Shown piece by piece: positions 37,977-47,731 of a DNA stretch of 64,000 bases. A program made the translations under genes and the position numbers. The first letter of the stretch is position 1; the number at the start of each line of letters is the position of its first letter. Source of the DNA: Limnochordia bacterium (GTDB lineage Bacteria; Bacillota; Limnochordia; DTU080); contig JBMNJG010000007.1 of assembly GCA_050951545.1 (NCBI GenBank), positions 32,001 to 96,000 on the forward strand, in the 5' to 3' direction. The notes below the pieces were generated by a model, which did not search any database, was not told where the DNA came from, and saw only the letters and a list, made by a program, of their open reading frames with translations.

Positions 37977-39543
37977 CATCGGCTGAGCGGCAAAAGGCTA
38001 TCGCCACCGTTCAGGTTATGTACCGCCCAGAAGGCTCCAGAAGGGCCGCCAGGGCGGGAAAGCGTGCCCTTGGGCGGGGAAAGGAGCCCTTCGGGCGCTC
38101 AAGATGAGCAAAAAGGGCTTCGCGAAGGCCGCATCGCTGCACTTTTACCACGTACATTGGGCCCGGGGGTTAATGGGGCGGCTCTTCTGCCATCGCCGTC
38201 CGATCCTTGGCCCCGACTCACGTACCAAATCCGGGTGCATCTGGCCGACTACCGAGCCAGTCTCGCGAGCGTGTGCATGGTGTCCGTCCACCCTTTTCGA
38301 AACACACCGACCGGGATAGCAGTGAAGGTGGGTCCGCAGAGGGACCCGAGTGAGCCCGCCGTGATCGCGCACTGGGGAGCTGACCCCATCGACTGAGTGG
38401 GAAAAAGGTATCACCACCGTCGGGTTATGTACCGTCCGGAAGCTCCAGAAGGGCCACCAGGGCGGGAAAGCGCGCTCTTATGGCGGGGAAAAGAGTCCTT
38501 CAGGCCGTCTAAACCAGCCAAAAGGGCTCCGCGAAGGCCGCATCGCTGCACTCTTACCACGTACATTGGGCCCGGGGGTTAATGAGGCGGCTCTCTTGCC
38601 ATCGCGGCCACATCCTTAGCCCGGCCTCACATACCAATCCGGCTGGTGTCTGACTGCAGGGCCTGTTTCGCGAGCGCGTCCATTGCATCTGTCCACCTTT
38701 TTCGAAATACACCGACCAGGGCAACACCGAAGGGGCGGTTCGCAGAGGGACCCGAGTGAGCCCGCCGTGATCGCGCACTGGGGAGCTGACCCCATCGACT
38801 GAGTGGGAAAAGGCTATCGACATTGTCTGGTTATGTACTGCCCAGTAGCTCCAGAAGGGCCACCAGGGCGGGAAAGCGCGCTCTTTTGGGGGGAAAAGAG
38901 CCCTTCAGGCCGTCCAAACCAGCCAAAAGGGCTCCGCGAAGGCCGCATCGCTGCGCTTTTACCACGCATCTGGCCTCGGGGGATACGCTTCACTTCGACC
39001 CTACCAGAATGGCCTAGAAAGCTCACGGTAAGCTAGGCTGACAAAACAGCGCGCTCACCAAAAACCTGCCATCGATCCAGACCCCAAGCTGCGGGCCATG
39101 GATTCTGATGGACAACTCCTCCATGAGTTGCCCACAGACTCCACAGCCCCGACCAAAGACATCCATTGATTCATTTATTCGTTGTTTCTGGCTGTTATCT
39201 AGTTGGGCACGCAGTTGTTTTCTTCGCGATGGTGCGCTGCCGCGGTAGGGGCCAACCCCCGGAATGCAGAAAACCCTCTTCTCGGGAAAAGAGTGAGCGT
39301 TCGAAGCATCCCCTCCAAACGGCTTGGTCGAGTGAGCCCGCCGTGATCGCGCACTGGGGAGCTGACCCCAATCGACTGAGTGGGAAAAGGCTATCGACAC
39401 TGTTCGGTTATGTACCGTCCGGAAGCCCCAGAAGGGCCACCAAGGCGGGAAAGTGTGCTCTCAGGCGGCGAAAAGCACCCTTCAGGCGGTCCAAACCAGC
39501 CAAAAGGGTTCCGCGAAGGCAGCATCACTGCGCTTTTGCCACC
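37977..39543. repeat. Array of four long direct repeats (periods 410, 406, 577 bp)
   Basis: CATCG.CTGAG.GG.AAA.G.TATC anchor at 37977, 38387, 38793, 39370; identical 42-bp block at 38347, 38753, 39329. Confidence 0.95.
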
Positions 39544-39565
39544 AACCCAAGTGAACGTAGGCAGA

Positions 39566-40270
39566 TCACCGCGGTTTTGCACGTGGCCCTGCCGAGGTGT
39601 TTCGAAGGTACTTGAGCACCGCGGTGACGCGGGGCTGTGTGTGAGGGTCGCTAGTATCGATGTTGAGCTGGCGGTAGATCTGGCTGATGTGGTTTTCTAC
39701 CGACTTGGATGCCAGGAACAGTTTGTCGGCAATGGCTTCGTTGGTGAAGCCTTGGGCTATCAGCGCCAGGACTTCGTGCTGTCTGGGAGTCAGGCTCTCC
39801 AGTACACTACCTTTCCGTGTTGCTGCCTTTTCGACGATGCCAGGGTCCAGTACCAGCAGGCCAGCAGCGACGCCCGTGATAGCGCGGGTGAGGGTAGGCA
39901 GGTCACCTACGGATTTCTTGCGCAGGTAGGCCCATCCGGCGCTAGCCGTAGCAGGTACCGCAGCTAGATAGGCGGGGTCTTGATGGTTTGACAGCAAGAC
40001 AATGCCCAGCGCAGGCAGGTGCTCTCGTAGCTCGAGGCCCAAGCGTACACCGTTCATGGAGCCGCCCAGTTCGATATCCAAGAGCGCCGCATCCGGACAA
40101 AGGCCCGGGGCCTTCTGCAGGGCCGTCTCAGCGTCGCCGAAGGCGCCAACCACCTCCAGTTGCTTCTCTTGCGACAGACCAACTTGGAGAAGCTCCCGAA
40201 AGAGCCCTTCATCCTCAACGATGAGCACTCGCGTTATCCGTCTGACAGATACTACAGCATCCGCTCCCAT
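39566..40270 (-). CDS. NarL/LuxR family response regulator
   Basis: VLIVEDE, LLDI, YLRK, LTPRQHEVL.LIAQGFTNEAIA.KL; ATG 40270 after AAGGGGGTG. Confidence 0.92.
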   Translation of the reverse strand: MGADAVVSVRRITRVLIVEDEGLFRELLQVGLSQEKQLEVVGAFGDAETALQKAPGLCPDAALLDIELGGSMNGVRLGLELREHLPALGIVLLSNHQDPAYLAAVPATASAGWAYLRKKSVGDLPTLTRAITGVAAGLLVLDPGIVEKAATRKGSVLESLTPRQHEVLALIAQGFTNEAIADKLFLASKSVENHISQIYRQLNIDTSDPHTQPRVTAVLKYLRNTSAGPRAKPR

Positions 40271-40427
40271 CTGTGGCACCCCCTTGCTTACGTGCCGCCG
40301 TACCGCCTGTGCTGCTATGTCCGTCGCTCGTGGGGCGGTTTTCGTCATATTCTGCAGGAAATCCTTCCCTGGCGGCGGCCGTGCCAGGACAACGACCGCT
40401 ATATAGCGAAAGGCGCTCTTACTCGAG

Positions 40428-43091
40428 GTGACCCAGATGGTGAGGAGAGTGCTGAAGCGGCAGAGCCAAGCCAGGCAGATGTGGCAGGGCTTTTTGGTGT
40501 GGGCGGCTTTAGTGCTCCTAACACGCAGTATGGCCATGGCGGCGGGTGCCTCACCCCTAGCCGTTGACGGGCTGCTCGATCTCTCCGATTGGAGCTGGGA
40601 TAGCGACGGCATCGTCGCCCTCAACGGTGCCTGGGAGTTCTACTGGAGCCAGCTGCTTTGCCCCGAGGATTTCACCAGGGATCTCCAGGCGAGTGGGTTC
40701 GTGGACACCCCAGGTGCTTGGAACGGTCATCGGGTGAACGGTGAAAGGCTAGGGGGCATGGGCTACGCTACCTACCGGCTGCGGATCACGCTTCCACAGA
40801 GTATCCAGCCCCTGGCGTTGAGCCTGCCTGCTATATCCACCGCCTATCGTCTGTGGGTAGACGGTGAGGAGGTGGCCTCAAGGGGCACAGTAGGTACCAC
40901 CCGCAAGGAGAGCGTACCACAAGACGTGCCGTCTGTGGTCACTTTCACGCCCACGTCATCTGTGACGGAGCTGGTCCTTCAGATCTCCAATTTCAGCCAT
41001 CGCCGAGGTGGCATGAGACGAAGCGTGGTGCTCGGTACAAAGGCCCAGATGTTTCGGCACCGTGGCTTCGATTTCGCAGTACACGCGGCTTTGCTAGGGG
41101 CTGCTTTGGTCTTGGGTCTGTTGCACATAAGCACGTATTACCTGCGTCCTCAGACGCGGGCCTGGCTCTACTCAGGTCTTTTCTCCCTCTTGATGAGTAT
41201 CCGTGAGCTTTTTGTGGGCCCTGCTCTGTTTCTCCAGGCGTTCCCTGCTTTTGGCTGGGAACTGGCGCTGAAGGTGGAGTATCTCACAGTCTATCTTGGC
41301 ATGCCTGTGGCCGTGCTCTTCTTCTTTGCCATGTATCCCCAAGAGCTGTCTAGACGGGCCGTGCGCCTCTGCCTATACGTATGCGGCGCTTTTGCGGTCA
41401 CAGTCGTGGCCAGTCCTGGGCGCGTCTTCTCTCAGGCGCTCGGCGCCTTTCACGTGGTGCAGCTGAGCTTCATGCTCTATCTGCTGCATGTCTTGGTGTT
41501 GGCGACCTTCAGAAAGCGCGAAGGAGCCAGCCTTCTGCTTGCTGGTTACCTACTGGTTGCCCTTGCTGTCTCTAATGATCTTCTCTTCTACCGTGAGAAG
41601 GTGGCCAGTCTGGATCTCTCCGTGGTGGGACTTCTGGTTTTTCTCTTCTTTCAGTCCTACGCGATCTCTACGCGCTTTGCTCATGGCTTTTCAGAAACGG
41701 AGCAGTTTGCTCGCAAGCTACAGGTATCCGATCGGCTCAAGAGTGACTTCCTGACTCAGATGTCGACGGGGTTGGGCACGCCTCTCAGTGCGATTGCCGC
41801 GATGATAGAAGATATGCTTCACGAGGCTTCGGGGGCAGTGAACACTGGGCTTCAGGAGAATCTGGGGCTCATGCTGGCCTCTGCCAGAAGGCTGTCGCTT
41901 ATGGTGGACGACATGTCGGTGATTGCTTCACTACTCACAAACAGCTTGAGCTTGCACCCGGAGCCGTGTGATCTGAAGCACACAGTGGACACCGTCTTAG
42001 GCCATATGGCACCGTTGGTAGGTAACAGGGGTCTTCGGCTGCGCAACGCTGTCCCAGATGGGTTGTCTTCTGTCGTCGCAGATCCTGATCGCCTGCAACA
42101 GACTCTGTGTGATCTGGTGATGCAGGCCATACGACTCTCTGAAGCAGGGGAGATCTCAGTGTCGGCCCTCGATGATGCAGCCATGGTCAAGATAGCGGTA
42201 CATGCTTCGGACCCCGCTATCTCTTCCAAGCAGATGACCCAGATTCTCGGAGGTGGTACCGCTGACTACGAGGGGATGGGTATGGGTCTGCGTGTCGTTC
42301 GGAGGCTTGTGGATCTGCACGGCGGTCGTATCTGGGTTGACTCTGCGATAGGTAAGGGCCTGCGTGTGATCTTCACCTTGCAGAGAGTTGTACTGCGAGA
42401 CAGATGCGAGCTGGAACGGGCACAGCGCATGCTGATCTCTTCAGAAGAACATGTCAAGCGCGAGGTGGCGGAAGCGCTGCATGGGACGGTGCAGACTCGG
42501 CTCTTGGTTGCTTGGCATAGGTTGGGTCAGTGTGAGGAACTGATCTCAAGCGATCCAAAAAAGGCAGCAGCGCTGATTCGTAGTGTTCGAGATGAGATCG
42601 ACAGACTACGCGAAGAGGATATCCGCAGCATAAGCCGCCTGTTACACCCTTCGATCATCGATGTAGGACTCATCCCGGCCATAGAGTCGCTGACCAGTGT
42701 CTTCGCCGAAAGCATGCCGATCCATCTGGATGTGGACGAAGCCGTAGCCCAACTGGATGACCCGGTGGACAATCGCATTTCGTCGGCAGTACGGCTCACC
42801 GCTTATCGCGTACTGGAGGATGTGTTGAGTAACGCACAGCTTCACGCCAAAGCTACGGAGGTAAAGGTTGTACTCCGCTTGGAGGCGGGGGATCTGGTGC
42901 TTGTCGTACGAGACAACGGTGTTGGGTTTGACATGGCTAGCACAGGGCCAGGTCTAGGGTTTCAGGTCATCTCGGCGCGAGTCAGCCTGCGCGGAGGCAG
43001 CTGGAGCGTGAAAAGTGAGCTTGGCGAAGGGACTTGTGTGTGCATGCGTTTGCCTTTGGTGAGCGCGCCTAGCGAAGACCAAGCGCTGTAA
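40428..43091 (+). CDS. 7TM-DISM sensor histidine kinase with degenerate first and intact second (HisKA_3) kinase module
   Basis: LNGAWEFYW, GYATYRL, 7 TM segments, FLTQMSTGLGTPL (His lost), EALHGTVQ, SNAQLHA, DNGVGF; start uncertain. Confidence 0.85.
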   Translation: MTQMVRRVLKRQSQARQMWQGFLVWAALVLLTRSMAMAAGASPLAVDGLLDLSDWSWDSDGIVALNGAWEFYWSQLLCPEDFTRDLQASGFVDTPGAWNGHRVNGERLGGMGYATYRLRITLPQSIQPLALSLPAISTAYRLWVDGEEVASRGTVGTTRKESVPQDVPSVVTFTPTSSVTELVLQISNFSHRRGGMRRSVVLGTKAQMFRHRGFDFAVHAALLGAALVLGLLHISTYYLRPQTRAWLYSGLFSLLMSIRELFVGPALFLQAFPAFGWELALKVEYLTVYLGMPVAVLFFFAMYPQELSRRAVRLCLYVCGAFAVTVVASPGRVFSQALGAFHVVQLSFMLYLLHVLVLATFRKREGASLLLAGYLLVALAVSNDLLFYREKVASLDLSVVGLLVFLFFQSYAISTRFAHGFSETEQFARKLQVSDRLKSDFLTQMSTGLGTPLSAIAAMIEDMLHEASGAVNTGLQENLGLMLASARRLSLMVDDMSVIASLLTNSLSLHPEPCDLKHTVDTVLGHMAPLVGNRGLRLRNAVPDGLSSVVADPDRLQQTLCDLVMQAIRLSEAGEISVSALDDAAMVKIAVHASDPAISSKQMTQILGGGTADYEGMGMGLRVVRRLVDLHGGRIWVDSAIGKGLRVIFTLQRVVLRDRCELERAQRMLISSEEHVKREVAEALHGTVQTRLLVAWHRLGQCEELISSDPKKAAALIRSVRDEIDRLREEDIRSISRLLHPSIIDVGLIPAIESLTSVFAESMPIHLDVDEAVAQLDDPVDNRISSAVRLTAYRVLEDVLSNAQLHAKATEVKVVLRLEAGDLVLVVRDNGVGFDMASTGPGLGFQVISARVSLRGGSWSVKSELGEGTCVCMRLPLVSAPSEDQAL

Positions 43092-43851
43092 GGAGTCTGG
43101 CAACGCCTGTCTTCTCGTCATTCGGTAGCCAAGTGACGTAGCGAACCTCGGTATGCTGGAACACAGTATTGACGGAGGTCCACTCATCAAAGCACGTCAT
43201 GATGCGTCGCGTGACGATTTTGGCTTGGTGAAGCGTGGCCCCAATCAGGATGATAAGAAAGTCGCCCGATTGGCTGGCCCCCAGCAAGTCGGTCATGCGA
43301 CACAAGGCTCGCAGCTTGCGCGCGATGGAGTTCCAGAGCTCAGCGTCGACATGGCACAGGGGTTGGCCGTTGCTGTGAGTCATGCGTAGCAGGGCCACGC
43401 TCAGTGGGAGGCGTTTCTGCCGACAGGTGGTCACTGCCTGTTCGAGCAGCACTTCGGTAGCCCTTGGGTCCGGAAAATCGTCGCTGGGCCGAGATTCCCT
43501 GTCAGTTGGGCGGGCCGAAGTTGGTGCTGAAGCTTTGGACTCGGGAACAAGACAGGCCACGACGGTAGTTCCACCTTCTAAGGGGAACGAGCGCCATAGG
43601 ATGCGTATGTCTCCCTCCGTGCTACGATATGTCTGGTGGCCTCGATCGCCGCCTTCCCGCGAGGCCGAAGCTAGCAATGCTGAGCTCAGGCTTCCAGCGG
43701 GAAGTGCAGCGGGGTAGATGCTGGGCTTGGCAGCGCCAGCCGTTTGCCAAAAGGAGGGCGTAGCCGCGATGACCTGACCCGTGGTTCTGAAGACGACCGT
43801 GGCCATTGGCAGAGCGTCGAGCAGTACCTGCGCGGAAACCTCAGGATTCAC
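43069..43851 (-). CDS. PAS-like plus degenerate GGDEF-domain protein
   Basis: LLDALP.A..VF N-terminus; PLSVALL, CRMTDLLG.SQSGDFLIIL. Confidence 0.65.
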   Translation of the reverse strand: MNPEVSAQVLLDALPMATVVFRTTGQVIAATPSFWQTAGAAKPSIYPAALPAGSLSSALLASASREGGDRGHQTYRSTEGDIRILWRSFPLEGGTTVVACLVPESKASAPTSARPTDRESRPSDDFPDPRATEVLLEQAVTTCRQKRLPLSVALLRMTHSNGQPLCHVDAELWNSIARKLRALCRMTDLLGASQSGDFLIILIGATLHQAKIVTRRIMTCFDEWTSVNTVFQHTEVRYVTWLPNDEKTGVARLLTALGLR

Positions 43852-43935
43852 CCCAGCGCCCCCCTTCATATCAGCTGATCTCAGTCATAGTTTGGCCTCA
43901 GAAGACTCGAATCCTGCCTAAGGGGTCGTGTCGGG

Positions 43936-45366
43936 TTAGGTGCCCAGACCCATGATCAGCCGAGCCATCTCGAAGTAGATCAGCAGTCCGACGCCGTCAG
44001 CGATGGTGGTGATGAGGGGTGCGGAGAAAACTGCAGGGTCCGCACCGAATTTCTGACCGATAATCGGCAGGGTAGCGCCTATCGTCGAGCTAATAAGCAC
44101 GATGGCTGCCAGGCTGACTGCCACAGTCAGTCCCAAAGCTGGTGCATTGCCGAGCAAGAGAGCCCTTCCAAAGGCTAAGGCACCCATGGTAACGCCTAAC
44201 AGCAGTCCTAAGCGCGCTTCGCGCCAGATCACTTTCATAAAGTGTTGAGGGGTCACCTCACCCAGGGCCATCGCTCTGATGACCAAGGTGGAGGCCTGCG
44301 AACCGGAGTTTCCTCCGGCGTCAATCAAAAGAGGTATGAAGAAGGCTAAAGCGATGACCTCGCTGAGAAAGTCCTCGAAGTGGCTCATGATAGAACCTGT
44401 CAAGTAGCCAGCAAAGAGCAGCACGACGAGCCAGACGATTCGCTTGCGGAATAGCTCTTGTAGCGGCACCTTGAGGTACGGGCTATCAATCGGAGAGGTA
44501 CCGCCCAGGCGCTGAATATCTTCCGTGGCCTCTTCTTCCACAACGTCCAGAATGTCATCTGCGGTGATGATGCCGACCATTCGTCCCACTTCATCGGCGA
44601 CTGGCAAAGCGGCGAAGTCGTACTGGCTAAGCAGCCGGGCCGCTTCCTCTTGGTCCGCGTGGACAGGGATGGAGATAGTCTTGGTGAACATGATCTCCGA
44701 TACGGGGGTGGCAGGGTGGGCCAGGATAACCTCACGCATAGAGACTACCCCTACCAGCCGGCCATCTCGATCGACCACATAGACGTAGCTAGCCTCTTCT
44801 ACTTCGTGGCCAACTTTGCGGAAGTGAGCGATCACCTGTTCGGCGGTCCAGTTTGCACGGGCAGCCAGATAGCTGACGGTCATCAGGCCGCCGGCCGATT
44901 CATCGGAGTAGGCCATCATCTGGCGGATATGACCTAGGTCTTCCGGTGGCAGTCGCCTAAGGATCTCCCTGGCTTGCAGGGGGTGGATGGCGCCAAGCAA
45001 GTCAACGAGCGAGTCACTGGGCATCTCAGCCACAATGGCACGGGTCACTGACTCCTCGAGGTGGTCCAGTAGTTGGTACTGGTGATCGTGATCGAGGTGG
45101 CCGAAAACCTCGGCAGCTGAGTCTGCGGGAAGAACGGTGAGTAGTGCCAGCTGCTTGGGCTTATCCAGTGCGAGGAGCACGGAGGCCAGATCAAATGGCT
45201 GCAGCTCATTGAGGTACTCCGTTAGGGCGGCTCTTGGCGACAGGGGTTGCTGATCTGCATCGGTTTTGCCGTCGACTGGTGGACGCTGTTCCTCCTCGGA
45301 CAAGGCGTCCAAAAAACGGTCAATAGTGGCAACGAGCACATCGAGATCAAGGGTCTGTTCGAGCAT
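43936..45366 (-). CDS. mgtE: Magnesium transporter MgtE
   Basis: SAGGLM, CBS pair, GIITADD, EEATEDI, GGNSGSQ, DPAVFSAPLITTIAD. Confidence 0.96.
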   Translation of the reverse strand: MLEQTLDLDVLVATIDRFLDALSEEEQRPPVDGKTDADQQPLSPRAALTEYLNELQPFDLASVLLALDKPKQLALLTVLPADSAAEVFGHLDHDHQYQLLDHLEESVTRAIVAEMPSDSLVDLLGAIHPLQAREILRRLPPEDLGHIRQMMAYSDESAGGLMTVSYLAARANWTAEQVIAHFRKVGHEVEEASYVYVVDRDGRLVGVVSMREVILAHPATPVSEIMFTKTISIPVHADQEEAARLLSQYDFAALPVADEVGRMVGIITADDILDVVEEEATEDIQRLGGTSPIDSPYLKVPLQELFRKRIVWLVVLLFAGYLTGSIMSHFEDFLSEVIALAFFIPLLIDAGGNSGSQASTLVIRAMALGEVTPQHFMKVIWREARLGLLLGVTMGALAFGRALLLGNAPALGLTVAVSLAAIVLISSTIGATLPIIGQKFGADPAVFSAPLITTIADGVGLLIYFEMARLIMGLGT

Positions 45367-45742
45367 AGGCCTCTCCTCCGTTCGTTGATGAGGTCGAGGC
45401 CACTGCCCGTGGGCCTATGGCATACACCATAGGCGACTCAAAGAGGTGGCTGGGCCGACCCCATCATGGAATATTGTGTGATACTGAGGTGTTCGCAACT
45501 ACTAGGGCCAGCCTCCAAAGCTCAATCACCCCTTTTGGCCCGAGAGTATCAGCCTTCCCCAGTATAATACATTCGTGCAGTCTTGGCACGGGTTGACGGG
45601 GTTTCTAGCGTCTTTGTGCCATGCAGGCACCTGCAGGATTCGGCCGGAATTTGCCAAAACAAGGTGTTGGCGGGCTCCATATGAAGGACATACACGACAG
45701 ATCGAGGAACAGTCGTTCAGCGAAGACTGTGAGGTGTAGATA

Positions 45743-46936
45743 ATGAAGCACGTGAAGCAACAGCTTCTGCCTTTCGAAAGGCTCACGCGTGAGCCTGAGC
45801 AATCCTTTTTCGGTTACTATGATCTGCAGCCATGGAGCGGCGATGGTCGCTTTCATCTGTGTCAGCGCGTTGACTTCCGAGATCGCATGCCGACCGGGGC
45901 AGATCCTGCGGAATTGGGCATGATTCAGATGGCAGGTGACCAGCGTTTCATACCCCTGGCACGCTCGTACGCCTGGAACTTTCAGCAGGGGGCCATGCTG
46001 CAATGGCATCCCCTGCACAGTAGCGATGAGGTGATCTTCAACACGCGCATCGGTGGTGAGTTCAAGGCGGTTATCCGCAATGTCTGGTCGGGCGAGGAAC
46101 GGCTGCTGTCGCGAGCCGTGGCCAGTGTCGATCCGCAGGGGCGCTGGGCACTGAGCGTGAACTTCAGCCGCATGTACGATTTTCGTCCGGGCTATGGCTA
46201 TGCGGGCATCACTGACCCCTTCTTCGACGAAAAGCAGCCTGAAGATGACGGGGTCTTCCTGATTGACCTCGAAGACGGCAGCAGCCGCCTGATCATTTCG
46301 TATCGCGACATCGCTCGCTTCTTTAGCGGGCACGGCTGGCTAGCAGATGCTAAGTTATTGGTGAACCACATCACCTTTAACAACGATGGCTCGCGTTTCG
46401 TCTTTCTGGTGAGGAACTTCCCACAACGGGGGCGGCGATCGTGGCAGACGGCGGTGTTGACAGCGGCCACTGATGGTAGTGATCTGCGCTGTCTCATCGA
46501 CTTCGGTCTGGCATCACACTATTGGTGGCGTGATCCGCAGCATCTCGTGATCTTCGCAGGGGTGGGCGAGCCCGCGATCAACGGTCTTTATGTGATCGAT
46601 GATGCTAGCGGCAATGCAGAGCTTATCGACGCAGGCTTCTTCCGACAAGATGGACACTGTAGCCATTCGCCCGACGGCACGCGCATTCTCTATGACAGCT
46701 ATCCCGATGGCGACGGATACCGGCGCCTTTACGCGTACGATCTGCGGAAAAAGAAGGGCGTCACCTTGGCCACGGTGCGCTCAGAACGCATCGGGCGCCT
46801 TTTTAGTGTCGACCTGCGGTGCGATTTGCACCCTCGTTGGAACCGCGACGGTAGTGCGATCTCGTTTGACTCCGTCCATGAGGGACATCGGCATGTCTAC
46901 TGGATGGATCTGACCAGTCTAGACGAGTTGGTATAG
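45743..46936 (+). CDS. Beta-propeller protein (TolB/oligogalacturonate-lyase-like)
   Basis: FFGYYD..PWS, AWNFQQG, DGHCS.SPDG, RCDLHPRW.RDG..ISFDS. Confidence 0.65.
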   Translation: MKHVKQQLLPFERLTREPEQSFFGYYDLQPWSGDGRFHLCQRVDFRDRMPTGADPAELGMIQMAGDQRFIPLARSYAWNFQQGAMLQWHPLHSSDEVIFNTRIGGEFKAVIRNVWSGEERLLSRAVASVDPQGRWALSVNFSRMYDFRPGYGYAGITDPFFDEKQPEDDGVFLIDLEDGSSRLIISYRDIARFFSGHGWLADAKLLVNHITFNNDGSRFVFLVRNFPQRGRRSWQTAVLTAATDGSDLRCLIDFGLASHYWWRDPQHLVIFAGVGEPAINGLYVIDDASGNAELIDAGFFRQDGHCSHSPDGTRILYDSYPDGDGYRRLYAYDLRKKKGVTLATVRSERIGRLFSVDLRCDLHPRWNRDGSAISFDSVHEGHRHVYWMDLTSLDELV

Positions 46937-47047
46937 CACTTCAGGTTATACAGGTACGCGTGTCGGCCGCCAACTGCAAGTCGAGGTGACAGGTCCCGAC
47001 ACGCCCGCACAGCGTAACACGATTTTCGGAGAAGAAGGGTGATTAAC

Positions 47048-47668
47048 ATGGCTCACAACGCATTGACTGAGGCTGAGCGGCAGGCGAATTGGAAACTGCT
47101 CTTTGACGGCAAGACTCTGCAGGGCTGGAAGAACACTGGCCGTCCCGAGGGGTGGAAAGTCTCCGACGAGGCTATCATGTGCACTGTCCAGCGTGGTGGC
47201 TACATCTATACGGAGGAGCAGTTTGAGGATTTTGATCTGTCTTTGGAGTTCAAGATCGCTCCCAAGACGAACAGTGGCATCTTTTTGCGCTGGTCCGATC
47301 TGAGCGATCCCGTGAACACTGGACTGGAAATACAGGTTCTAGATAGCTTTGGCGTAGAGACCCTGACCACACACAGCTGCGGGGCCATCTACGACCTTGT
47401 GGTACCCAGTGAACACGCCTTCAAACCAGCGGGTGAGTGGAATCAGGTGCTTATCACATGTGACGGTCCGTTGGTCTCTGTGACACTTAATGGCAAGAAA
47501 ATCGCCGAAATGGACATGGACAAATGGACGCAAGCGGGCCTTAACCCAGATGGTAGCAAGAATAAGTTCACCTATGCGTGGGCGGACATGCCCAGACTGG
47601 GACATATCGGGTTGCAGGATCACGGTGGTATGATCTGGTACCGCAACCTCAAACTAAGACCTCTGTAA
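47048..47668 (+). CDS. DUF1080 / 3-keto-disaccharide hydrolase family protein
   Basis: LLFDGKTLQGW, NSGIF, EIQVLD, GEWN, GHIGLQDHG...YRNLK. Confidence 0.88.
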   Translation: MAHNALTEAERQANWKLLFDGKTLQGWKNTGRPEGWKVSDEAIMCTVQRGGYIYTEEQFEDFDLSLEFKIAPKTNSGIFLRWSDLSDPVNTGLEIQVLDSFGVETLTTHSCGAIYDLVVPSEHAFKPAGEWNQVLITCDGPLVSVTLNGKKIAEMDMDKWTQAGLNPDGSKNKFTYAWADMPRLGHIGLQDHGGMIWYRNLKLRPL

Positions 47669-47731
47669 GCACAGGCCTGTGGATGACTAGAACGAGGGCG
47701 CTGCGCCAACCGCGTGCAGCGCTCCTGATTG

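Noticed and set aside
37923-39615. ORFs within the long repeats (e.g. RPEAPEGPPGRES)
   Set aside because: Frames are not conserved between copies and no credible RBS; treated as non-coding
45380-45450. M-box-like start (TTCGTTGATGAGG) on the plus strand
   Set aside because: Wrong orientation for mgtE and the remaining consensus is absent
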